Assembly (NCBI GenBank): GCA_043809365.1
Contig: JAZDDW010000003.1
Coordinates: 1-56,576 of the forward strand
Direction of reading: 5' to 3'
DNA length: 56,576 nucleotides
DNA from: a bacterium
GTDB lineage: Bacteria; Patescibacteriota; Microgenomatia; UBA1400; UBA12108
Position 1 is the first letter of the stretch. Every line of letters starts with the position of its first letter. The notes below the pieces were generated by a model. That model ran no database searches. It was not told the DNA's origin and was given only the letters and a program-made list of their open reading frames with translations. Positions 46,085 through 54,204 of this stretch are shown here, piece after piece. The translations under genes and the position numbers were made by a program.

Positions 46085-46090
46085 TAAATC

Positions 46091-47416
46091 ATGTTTTATA
46101 TCCTAGGACTTGCGGCTGTCTTGCGACTCGTGCTCATCAACCAATCTCTGTGGCTCGACGAAGCCATCGAAGCTTTGGCGCTCCGTGGTCATTTCGGCCC
46201 CATTCTCTCTTACGCTCTCTCTGACTTTCAGCCTCCCCTCTATCACCTCCTTGGCCTCGCTTGGACTCGCCTCTTTGGTTTTTCTGAAATAGCGCTTCGT
46301 ACTCCCTCGCTCCTCGCTGGCCTCGTGCTTGTATATTTCGTCTTTAAGCTCGGGGAGTTGATCGGTACCAAGAAACTCGCCATCATAGCTAGTCTCCTAG
46401 TTGCCACCAATCCCTTGCTGATTTATTATTCGGGGGAAGGTCGTACCTATATCCTCACTACTCTGCTCGTGACTGCCAGTTTCTACTACCTTGTACTCTC
46501 CTTGCGCCGTCGCACTCTCTCATCCATTATTCATTATTCATTATTCATCACCCTGACTCTCTGGACCTCTTATCTCTCTTGGTTTGTTGCGCTCTCTCAG
46601 GGAATCTATCTTATCTGTAAAAAGCGCTGGGATCTACTTGCCGCCCTCGCTTTGGCAGTCTCTTCCCTCCTCCTCTGGCTACCTTCACTACTACGATCTC
46701 TGGCAATCGGGGTAGGGGATGCCAGAACTATCCCTGGGTGGGGACAAGTGGTAGGCGGGACCTCCCTCAAAGCCCTCGCCCTGACTTGGGTCAAAATGAA
46801 TATTGGTAGAATCAGTTTTGACAATAAATTACTCTACGGTCTCATTGTCAGTCTTATTGGATTATTACATTTATCCATTTTTCGTAAGATGCGCCCATTG
46901 ACCATTGACCATCGCCCATTGCTCATTTGGCTCATTGCACCGGTTGTCCTCGCAAGCATTGTCTCGGTCTGGGTGCCAATTTATAGCTACACTCGTGTAC
47001 TATTTATTGTGCCTGCGTATTTGCTCTTGCTCTCACTGGCTCTTGTCCAGTTGCCTATTCGCTACACGGCACTCGTTCTTTCTCTTAATCTTCTCTTCCT
47101 TTCCCTTTTTTGGTTTAATCCTCGCTTCCATAGAGAAGATTGGCGCAGTCTCACCAGCTATCTCAATGCCCAAGAGGGGACTGTGGTCCTCCCTAGCCTC
47201 AAACAAGATGCTCCCTTTATCTACTACAATCTGACCTTGCCCCTACAATCAACGCTTGATCCAGTAGATACTAAGCATGTTTACTATGTCAAATATGTCG
47301 AAGATACCTTTGATCCTGGACATCTCGGTCCTGCCAATCTTGCTCGCCTCGGTTATACTATTAGTAGTCAGCGTACCTACCCCGGGATTGCCGTAGATAT
47401 TTATGCAAAAAAATAA
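46091..47416 (+). CDS. GT39/ArnT-like membrane glycosyltransferase
   Basis: LRLVLINQSLWLDEAIEAL...FQPPLYHLL...ALRTPSLLAGLVLVYFVFKLG. Contains two heptad arrays. Confidence 0.65.
   Translation: MFYILGLAAVLRLVLINQSLWLDEAIEALALRGHFGPILSYALSDFQPPLYHLLGLAWTRLFGFSEIALRTPSLLAGLVLVYFVFKLGELIGTKKLAIIASLLVATNPLLIYYSGEGRTYILTTLLVTASFYYLVLSLRRRTLSSIIHYSLFITLTLWTSYLSWFVALSQGIYLICKKRWDLLAALALAVSSLLLWLPSLLRSLAIGVGDARTIPGWGQVVGGTSLKALALTWVKMNIGRISFDNKLLYGLIVSLIGLLHLSIFRKMRPLTIDHRPLLIWLIAPVVLASIVSVWVPIYSYTRVLFIVPAYLLLLSLALVQLPIRYTALVLSLNLLFLSLFWFNPRFHREDWRSLTSYLNAQEGTVVLPSLKQDAPFIYYNLTLPLQSTLDPVDTKHVYYVKYVEDTFDPGHLGPANLARLGYTISSQRTYPGIAVDIYAKK
46525..46552 (+). repeat. Heptad array G (4 units, 3 identical)
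   Basis: CATTATT CATTATT CATTATT CATCACC, with CAT at 46525, 46532, 46539 and 46546. Confidence 0.9.
46896..46930 (+). repeat. Heptad array C (5 units)
   Basis: CATTGAC CATTGAC CATCGCC CATTGCT CATTTGG, with CAT at 46896, 46903, 46910, 46917 and 46924. Read as RPLTIDHRPLLIW. Confidence 0.9.
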
Positions 47417-48518
47417 TGTCCCGATCCCATCAACCATTAAACATCGACCATTAACCATTGCTATCGATGTTTCTCAAATGGCTTACTCCGGTACTGGCGT
47501 CGCTCGGTATGTTTCTGGACTAACCAAGGCTCTCTTGCTCTCCGGCTCAAGCCATCAATTTATCTTTTACGCCGGAGCGCTCCGTCAACGTTCTTTCTTT
47601 AGCAAACTCTCCCTCACCTCGCCCTGGAATCGTGCCGCTTGGCGTATTCTCCCTCTCCCCCCCAAAATAGCCAGTTCTGTGCTGGGGTCACTCCCCATCC
47701 CCTTTGAGTGGTTAACTGGTTCCGCCGATCTCCTTCACTCTTCTGATTGGGTCGAGCCATCTTCTCGTCTCCCCATGTGTACGACCATTCATGATTTGGT
47801 TTTTCACCAATATCCTTCGACTGTAGATCCACTAATTCGCCGCGCCCAGGAGGGGCGTCTGGTGAGACTTACTCACAACCACACCCAGATTATCGCCGAT
47901 TCAGAGAGTACAAAAAATGATCTTATGGAGATTTATAATTTTGCCCCATCTCGTTTAAATGTCATCTATCCAGGTGTGGAATCTCAGTATGCCCCCCAAT
48001 CGAAAAAAGAAATTGATCGAGTGAAAAGAAAGTACAATTTACCTGATCAATACATACTTTCCTTGGGTACCCAAGAGCCTCGCAAAAATATCACAAGACT
48101 TATCGAGGCAATCGAAGGTCTCAATTTTCCTCTTATCATCGTAGGGAAATATGGTTGGGGAGAGCAAACACAATCGCTTGGGTTTGTCCCTGAGGTGGAC
48201 CTACCTGGCCTCTACTCAGGCGCCACGGTTTTTGCCTACCCCTCCCTCTACGAGGGGTTTGGTTTCCCGGTAATCGAGGCGATGGCTTGTGGTGCTCCCG
48301 TTGTGACCTCAAACGTCTCTTCACTACCAGAGATCGCGGGTGATGCCGCGGTTCTGGTAGATCCAGAAGACATCTCCTCTATTCGTGCAGGTATAGAAGA
48401 GGCCATCTCCACCCGCTCCAAATTAATCGGTTTGGGTTTGATTCAAGCCCAAAAATTTACTTGGAAACATTGTGCCCAGCAAGTTCTGGAGGTTTATGAC
48501 AAAATCATTGGCCATTAA
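47403..48518 (+). CDS. Glycosyltransferase family 4
   Basis: IAIDVSQMAYSGTGVARYVSGL...[28 protein letters not shown]. Overlaps the upstream gene by 14 nt. Confidence 0.85.
   Translation: MQKNNVPIPSTIKHRPLTIAIDVSQMAYSGTGVARYVSGLTKALLLSGSSHQFIFYAGALRQRSFFSKLSLTSPWNRAAWRILPLPPKIASSVLGSLPIPFEWLTGSADLLHSSDWVEPSSRLPMCTTIHDLVFHQYPSTVDPLIRRAQEGRLVRLTHNHTQIIADSESTKNDLMEIYNFAPSRLNVIYPGVESQYAPQSKKEIDRVKRKYNLPDQYILSLGTQEPRKNITRLIEAIEGLNFPLIIVGKYGWGEQTQSLGFVPEVDLPGLYSGATVFAYPSLYEGFGFPVIEAMACGAPVVTSNVSSLPEIAGDAAVLVDPEDISSIRAGIEEAISTRSKLIGLGLIQAQKFTWKHCAQQVLEVYDKIIGH
47428..47462 (+). repeat. Heptad array D (5 units) at the 5' end of a GT4 gene
   Basis: CATCAAC CATTAAA CATCGAC CATTAAC CATTGCT, with CAT at 47428, 47435, 47442, 47449 and 47456. 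Read as PSTIKHRPLTIA. Confidence 0.9.
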
Positions 48519-49617
48519 CCATCGATCATTGACCATCGGCATAGATATCAACGAAGCCAATGTCAAAGAGCGTGTCGGCACCGGCCAATATTGTTACCAT
48601 GTTCTAAAACATAGTAACACCCGCACTGATATCGATTTTCACCTTTATCATCGAGATGATCTCCAAGAAGACCTCCCTCCCGAATCTGCCCACTGGCACT
48701 ACCACCGCGTCAAGCCCTTTCGGGGTTGGCTTCGTTTCGGTTTACCGTTTTACTTATTAACTCACTCCCAAAATGATATTTTCTGGTCACCCGCCCACTA
48801 CATGCCGGTTTATACGGGGTGTCAAAGCGTAGTCACCATTCACGACCTAGCCTACGAATACTTCCCCGAGCTATTCCTGCCCAGTGACTTGTACAAACTC
48901 AAAACCTGGACTCGCGTTGCTACCAAGCAGGCAACCAAAGTCATTGCGGTCTCCGCCGCGACCAAGCATGATCTAGTCAAGCTTTACGACCTTCCAAAAG
49001 ACAAAATCACCGTGGTTCACAACGGTTACGACTCCAACGTTTTCAACATCACGGATAAAGCCGATACTAAGATTCTTAAATCATATCTCTTAAATCCAAA
49101 ATCCTACATTCTTTTCCTCGGTACCATTCAGCCTCGTAAAAATGCTCTCAAACTAGTCCAAGCTTTCCATTTGCTCCGTCAGTCTGGTTACAAGGGAAAA
49201 CTGGTCATTGCCGGGCGAGTTGGCTGGCTGGCTGATGAGACACTTTCAGTCATCAAAAACTCACCAGAAGCCCAAGATATTGTGCTCACCGGCTATGTGA
49301 GCGATAGCACTCGCAAAGCCCTCTACACTTATGCAGATGTCTATGTCCTGCCCTCATTTTACGAGGGATTTGGCGTGCCAGCCATCGAGGCTATGGCTTG
49401 CGGCGCCCCGGTGGCGGTGGCCAATAACTCTTCTCTCCCTGAGGTAGTGGGCAATGCGGGCTTACTTTTTAACCCCGCCGACCCCGCCGATATTGCCCGC
49501 GCCATCCTCGAAATCAAAAAAGACCGTTCCACCTGGGTCAAAAAAAGTCTCGCCCGCGCCAAGCATTTCTCTTGGGAGAAGTGTGCAGAGGAAACGCTCT
49601 CTATTCTGCTACAATAG
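48496..49617 (+). CDS. Glycosyltransferase family 4 (tandem paralog)
   Basis: ATG at 48496 chosen (the track start at 48472 is GTG). [19 protein letters not shown]...[28 protein letters not shown]. 23-nt overlap with the upstream gene. Confidence 0.85.
   Translation: MTKSLAINHRSLTIGIDINEANVKERVGTGQYCYHVLKHSNTRTDIDFHLYHRDDLQEDLPPESAHWHYHRVKPFRGWLRFGLPFYLLTHSQNDIFWSPAHYMPVYTGCQSVVTIHDLAYEYFPELFLPSDLYKLKTWTRVATKQATKVIAVSAATKHDLVKLYDLPKDKITVVHNGYDSNVFNITDKADTKILKSYLLNPKSYILFLGTIQPRKNALKLVQAFHLLRQSGYKGKLVIAGRVGWLADETLSVIKNSPEAQDIVLTGYVSDSTRKALYTYADVYVLPSFYEGFGVPAIEAMACGAPVAVANNSSLPEVVGNAGLLFNPADPADIARAILEIKKDRSTWVKKSLARAKHFSWEKCAEETLSILLQ
48506..48540 (+). repeat. Heptad array E (5 units) across a GT4/GT4 gene overlap
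   Basis: CATTGGC CATTAAC CATCGAT CATTGAC CATCGGC, with CAT at 48506, 48513, 48520, 48527 and 48534. The unit at 48513 supplies His-stop (CAT TAA) of the upstream gene. Confidence 0.9.
49610..49615 (+). promoter_or_regulatory. -10-like box abutting a start codon (leaderless-type)
   Basis: TACAAT, 6 nt before the ATG at 49622. Overlaps the TAG stop of the upstream gene. Confidence 0.45.
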
Positions 49618-49621
49618 CTCT

Positions 49622-50227
49622 ATGCACTTCCCACTTCATGACAAACACGGTAAAAGTATGACCTGGGAAGAGGGGATCCACAAAATCACCGCCAGGTTCG
49701 AGAGTTATTTCCTTGACTTTGGGCTCATGTTCCTCCATTTGACCACCTGGATCCCTCTCCACTTTCTCCGCAACTGGATCTGGCGCTTATCCGGTCTCGC
49801 CCTGGGTCGAGACAGCACTCTCCACACAGGTGTTCGCGTTTTTGATCCTCGCAATATTCAGATAGGGGAGGGGACCATCATTGGCTACTCATGTTTTATC
49901 GATGGTCGAGACCAAGTTAAGATCGGTAATCACACCGATATCGCTTCCGAAGTGATGATCTACAGTAGTGAACATGATCTAAGCTCTCCCGAATTTACCG
50001 CTGTCTCTGCTCCAGTTAAGATCGGTAACTATGTTTTTATTGGTCCTCGCGCCATTATTCTGCCAGGAGTCACGATCGGCGATCTTGCTGTGGTTGGAGC
50101 CGGCGCTGTCGTTACCAAGGACGTTGCTCCAAGCTCAATTGTAGGTGGCGTGCCAGCCAAAGTGATCGGTGAACGTGCTCTCCAGAATCCCCATTACCAA
50201 CTAGGTAGGTTCAAACTCTTCCAATGA
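49622..50227 (+). CDS. Hexapeptide-repeat O-acetyltransferase (WcaF-like)
   Basis: ATG at 49622. [13 protein letters not shown]...[33 protein letters not shown] are left-handed beta-helix repeats. Confidence 0.8.
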   Translation: MHFPLHDKHGKSMTWEEGIHKITARFESYFLDFGLMFLHLTTWIPLHFLRNWIWRLSGLALGRDSTLHTGVRVFDPRNIQIGEGTIIGYSCFIDGRDQVKIGNHTDIASEVMIYSSEHDLSSPEFTAVSAPVKIGNYVFIGPRAIILPGVTIGDLAVVGAGAVVTKDVAPSSIVGGVPAKVIGERALQNPHYQLGRFKLFQ

Positions 50228-51138
50228 AGCCACTAGTGTCCGTAATAATAGTTAGCTTTAATACAAGAAAGCTGACGATCAAAAGCATCAAAAGTGCCTA
50301 CGCTAGTCGTGGTTTTAAAAAGGGAGAGATCGAAGTCATCGTCGTTGACAATCACTCCGCCGACGACACAGTCGCTTATCTCAAGGCGAATCTACCCCAG
50401 GTCAAACTGATCATAAACACAGACAATCGCGGTTTTGGTGGGGGTAACAATCAGGGGGCAAGTATTGCCCAAGGCAAATATCTCTTACTGCTCAATTCTG
50501 ACGCCTTCCTCTCTCCCGACTCGCTTCGCACTATGGTCGACCTTATGGATCATAGGCCAGACGTTGTCTCGGTAGGCCCCCAACTTCGTTACTTGGATGG
50601 CTCAATACAAGCTTCCGCTGGCTATCTCCCCACTCCCTTGAGAGTCATGGCTTGGATGTGGTGGTTAGACAAACTACCTCTCGTCAAAAAGCTTTTTTCT
50701 ACTCCGTATCACGTTTTTGATTTGACTTGGCACAAAAGGGATCACTATCCAGATTGGCTTATGGGAGCCTGTATCATCTTTCGCAAAGACGAATTCCTCG
50801 CCGCTCATGGGTTTGACGAACAAATATTTATGTATGCGGAAGAGGTTGAACTATACCAAAGATTGTATGAGAGTCTGCATAAAAAAGTATTGTTTACTAC
50901 AAAAACCCAAGTAGTTCACGTCAAAGGAGTTAGTACCAAAAAAGCCCATGCCTATCGCCTCACTTGCGAACTCCGGGGGATAGAATACCTATATCAGAAA
51001 CATTACCCAAATCTATTGTGGTTTATCAAGTTTGTCATCAATACTGGCGTGATTATGCGCATTGTGTTATTTAGCATTATTCCCAGCCATCGTGGTACGC
51101 TAGTAGAATACAAAAAGTTTTTTAGAAAGGCAAAATGA
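50224..51138 (+). CDS. Glycosyltransferase family 2
   Basis: [14 protein letters not shown]...[10 protein letters not shown]...GFGGGNNQG...LLLNSDA. ATGA overlap. Confidence 0.85.
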   Translation: MKPLVSVIIVSFNTRKLTIKSIKSAYASRGFKKGEIEVIVVDNHSADDTVAYLKANLPQVKLIINTDNRGFGGGNNQGASIAQGKYLLLLNSDAFLSPDSLRTMVDLMDHRPDVVSVGPQLRYLDGSIQASAGYLPTPLRVMAWMWWLDKLPLVKKLFSTPYHVFDLTWHKRDHYPDWLMGACIIFRKDEFLAAHGFDEQIFMYAEEVELYQRLYESLHKKVLFTTKTQVVHVKGVSTKKAHAYRLTCELRGIEYLYQKHYPNLLWFIKFVINTGVIMRIVLFSIIPSHRGTLVEYKKFFRKAK

Positions 51139-52772
51139 AAATAAATCTTCTCCTCATCTTATCCGGCGTCTTACTTATTGTAATCCCTGCTTACCCCAAG
51201 CTTCCTCTAGCCGATCTCATGGAGGGCTATATTGTCCGACTGCGCCTCGAAGATATCTTGGTCTTGTTCACTTTTCTTGTATATCTTGTCCAACTCTTGC
51301 GCCGTAAAATCACTTTCCCCAAGAATATTGTCGCCAAATTTATCGTTGCCTACCTTGTGTTTGGTTTTCTCTCTACTCTTAGTGCTCTGTTTATCACCCA
51401 CACCGTTCCCCTCATACAGCAACACATCTTTAAACTCTACTTGCATTTTTTCCGTCGGGTCGAGTATTTTTCTCTCTTCTTCATCGCCTACTCCGCCATC
51501 CGTACTCGGAAAGACATCTTGACTCTCCTCAAAATCAGTGGCATTACTCTCCTTGCCGTGGTGATCTATGGTTATGGCCAAAAATATTTCTTGTGGCCAG
51601 CTTTCTCCACCATGAACCGCGAGTTCAGCAAGGGGGCACGACTTTATTTGACCGCTAACTCACGCGTCATGAGTACCTTTGCCGGTCACTACGACTATGC
51701 CGCCTATCTCATGATGTCCCTTTCCCTGATTGTGGCTTATATCTGGACCAATAAAAAATGGTGGTCCAACGTCTTAATCATTGGCTTTGGTCTCGCGGTT
51801 TACTGGTCGCTCATCTTAACCGCTTCGCGCACCTCCTTTATCGGTTATCTCGTGGGGATCTCCGTTGTGGCCCTGATACTGCGTCAACTCCCAACAAAAA
51901 TACATGTCTTTTGGCGCTGGCTGGGAGTCATGGTAGTTAGTTTTGCCATCATGCTCACCATGGGAGATTTGTCAGATCGATTTTTCCAGGTTATCCGCAA
52001 TCCAGATCTCATTATTCATGATATTACCCAAGTAACCCCAATCAAAAGAGAGTGGATAGAGAACCCCCTTTCTCTCTTTAGCTCTTCCCTAAGTTCCTAT
52101 GGCGACAAATTATTAGCCATGCGTCAAAAATTAAATTCCAGTCTCGCCACCCCTCCACCCAACTCGCTCTCTACTGACGAAATTGAAAAAGTAGCCGCCC
52201 TCTCTGACGCCCCTCCCTCTACCACTCCCCCACTCCCACCTGACGTCTCCTTGGCCGAAGATGCCTTCCGTAAAGAGCAAGAAGCTTTGCAAAATGCTCC
52301 TTCGCCTTCCCCTGGCTCCGGTTACTCCCCCAACGCTCTCAAATATGGACTCTCTGTAGCGATTAGACTTGATGCTCTTTGGCCAAGAGCCAGAGACGCC
52401 TTCTGGCGTAATCCCTTACTTGGTTCCGGGTATTCCACGCTTACTAAAGTGGAGAACGAAGAATTTACCCAGGCCGAATCTACCGACAACGATTACTTGC
52501 GCATGCTCGGGGAGACCGGACTACTAGGAACCCTTACCTTCCTCGCGATTCCTCTTCTTGTAGCCTTCTACGGGTACCGTCTCGCTCACGATCCACGGGA
52601 AAAACACTTTAGCTTTTTCGGGTTAGCGATGATCGGAGTTGTCATTAGTCTCTTGGTCAACGCTACATATATCGATGTCTTTGAATCCAGTAAGATCGCC
52701 TATCTGTTCTGGATGATGTGCGCGCTTGTGGTGCGTGCCAACGAATTGAGGCCTCATGACGAAGCTACTTAG
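51135..52772 (+). CDS. Wzy_C / O-antigen-ligase-like polytopic membrane protein (ligase, polymerase or O-oligosaccharyltransferase)
   Basis: TASRTSFIGYLVG and DNDYLRMLGETGLLG match the Wzy_C family pattern. A Pro/Ser-rich insert of about 60 aa lies at 52147-52335. Confidence 0.7.
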   Translation: MKINLLLILSGVLLIVIPAYPKLPLADLMEGYIVRLRLEDILVLFTFLVYLVQLLRRKITFPKNIVAKFIVAYLVFGFLSTLSALFITHTVPLIQQHIFKLYLHFFRRVEYFSLFFIAYSAIRTRKDILTLLKISGITLLAVVIYGYGQKYFLWPAFSTMNREFSKGARLYLTANSRVMSTFAGHYDYAAYLMMSLSLIVAYIWTNKKWWSNVLIIGFGLAVYWSLILTASRTSFIGYLVGISVVALILRQLPTKIHVFWRWLGVMVVSFAIMLTMGDLSDRFFQVIRNPDLIIHDITQVTPIKREWIENPLSLFSSSLSSYGDKLLAMRQKLNSSLATPPPNSLSTDEIEKVAALSDAPPSTTPPLPPDVSLAEDAFRKEQEALQNAPSPSPGSGYSPNALKYGLSVAIRLDALWPRARDAFWRNPLLGSGYSTLTKVENEEFTQAESTDNDYLRMLGETGLLGTLTFLAIPLLVAFYGYRLAHDPREKHFSFFGLAMIGVVISLLVNATYIDVFESSKIAYLFWMMCALVVRANELRPHDEAT

Positions 52773-54168
52773 TCTCGTTCTCATCCTGGGTCTATTTATT
52801 TGGGTCAGAACTTATCGGCTCAATACTCCCCTAGCTGATTGGCACAGTTGGCGTCAAGCTGACACGGCGGCCGTGGCTCGTAATTTTATTCAAGAGAGAT
52901 TTAACTTGCTCTATCCCCAGTCTGATTCGCTTTGGTCTCTCTCTCCTACCCAGCTCCCCAATCCCCATCGTTATTTTATGAACGAATTTCCGCTCTACAA
53001 TGCAACTGTTGCTCTCATCTACCAATATGTCGGTATTAACCATGTTTACGGACGTCTCGTTAGTATCGCGGTCTCTGCCCTCGGGGCACTCTACCTCTTT
53101 CTCTTAGTCCAAAAGTTACTCGGCTTCCCCACCGCCATTACTTCGTTACTCTATTACTCCTTGCTCCCCTTTAACATTTATTACAACAGGGTATTCATGC
53201 CCGATCCCACTTTTGCGGCACTCTCGATTATCACTCTCTATTACACTGTTTCTTGGACTGCCTCGCGCAAACTCTCAGATGGAATCTTGATGATGGTTAC
53301 CTTTGCCCTGGCAACCCTAGTCAAGCCTTATGCAATCTTTATGGCACTCCCCATGGTCTATTGGGTCATCCGCAATCGTGGACTCGAAGTTTTCCGCCAC
53401 ATCAGTACCTACCTCCTTGTCCTTGGCGCTATTCTGCCTCTCGTCCTCTGGCGTTATCATTTGAGCCTGCACCCAGAGGGATCATTTGCGACCGGCTGGT
53501 TACTGAACGGGGACAAAATCCGCTTTACCGGCGCCTTCTTCCGTTGGCTCATCTTTGATCGCTTGAACCGACTGGTCTTTGCTACCGGGGGATTTGTTCT
53601 GTTTATGGTAGGCCTATTTACCGCTCATCTTAAGAAGAATACTTCTCTTTTTTTCGTCTGGACGCTTGCCATCTTTCTCTACTTTACAATTTTTGCTAAA
53701 GGTAATGTCAATCATGATTACTACCAATTACCGATTGTTGCCCCTGGCGTAGTTCTTTGTGTGATTGGAGCTACCAACCTCATTAATCATGCAAAAACTC
53801 GTTTCTCACGATGGCTCAACAGCTCTCTCGCTCTCTCGCTCTTAATCATCTCCCTCGCCTTCGGTTGGTTTGAAGTGCGCGGATACTTTAACATTAACAA
53901 TCCAGCGATTGTTGCCGCGGGTCAGGCGGTAGATCAACTCTTGCCAGAGGATGCGGTGGTGATTGCGCCCTATCAGGGCGATCCTGCTTTCCTTTATCAA
54001 ACCAACCGCAACGGCTGGCCTATCGGCGGCAATATCGAGGAGCGGATGGCAAATGGTGCCACTTACTATGTGACAACTAGTCGCGACGGTGAATATCAAG
54101 AACTTAAGAACAAATACACGCTCCTATTTGAAAACGACACCTACTCTATTATCCAACTGGTACCATAA
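52756..54168 (+). CDS. GT39/ArnT-like membrane glycosyltransferase
   Basis: LADWHSWRQADTAAVARNF...EFPLYNATVALIY is the ArnT/PMT_2-like N-terminus. 470 aa, polytopic. Confidence 0.7.
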   Translation: MTKLLSLVLILGLFIWVRTYRLNTPLADWHSWRQADTAAVARNFIQERFNLLYPQSDSLWSLSPTQLPNPHRYFMNEFPLYNATVALIYQYVGINHVYGRLVSIAVSALGALYLFLLVQKLLGFPTAITSLLYYSLLPFNIYYNRVFMPDPTFAALSIITLYYTVSWTASRKLSDGILMMVTFALATLVKPYAIFMALPMVYWVIRNRGLEVFRHISTYLLVLGAILPLVLWRYHLSLHPEGSFATGWLLNGDKIRFTGAFFRWLIFDRLNRLVFATGGFVLFMVGLFTAHLKKNTSLFFVWTLAIFLYFTIFAKGNVNHDYYQLPIVAPGVVLCVIGATNLINHAKTRFSRWLNSSLALSLLIISLAFGWFEVRGYFNINNPAIVAAGQAVDQLLPEDAVVIAPYQGDPAFLYQTNRNGWPIGGNIEERMANGATYYVTTSRDGEYQELKNKYTLLFENDTYSIIQLVP

Positions 54169-54170
54169 CT

Positions 54171-54196
54171 TTATGACTTTACGACGTTATGACTTT
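54171..54196 (+). repeat. Direct repeat TTATGACTTT x2 (16-bp period) in an intergenic gap
   Basis: TTATGACTTT at 54171-54180 and 54187-54196. It also reads as three 8-bp units TGACTTTA CGACGTTA TGACTTTC. Lies in the 36-bp gap before the ATG at 54205. Confidence 0.8.
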
Positions 54197-54204
54197 CAAC
54201 TACT

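Noticed and set aside
46889-46891. In-frame ATG immediately before heptad array C (MRPLTIDHRPL...), which might mark a separate gene start splitting 46091-47416 in two.
   Set aside because: The reading frame is continuous. The hydrophobic profile continues across the site, and the whole protein has the length and layout of the other GT39-like proteins.
47657-47663. Homopolymer tracts as phase-variation sites: C7 at 47657-47663 in a GT4 gene, A8 at 21119-21126 in the GT32-like gene, and C6 at 5176-5181.
   Set aside because: The tracts are short. They encode ordinary Pro-Pro or Lys-Lys codons, and nothing in a single sequence indicates length variability.
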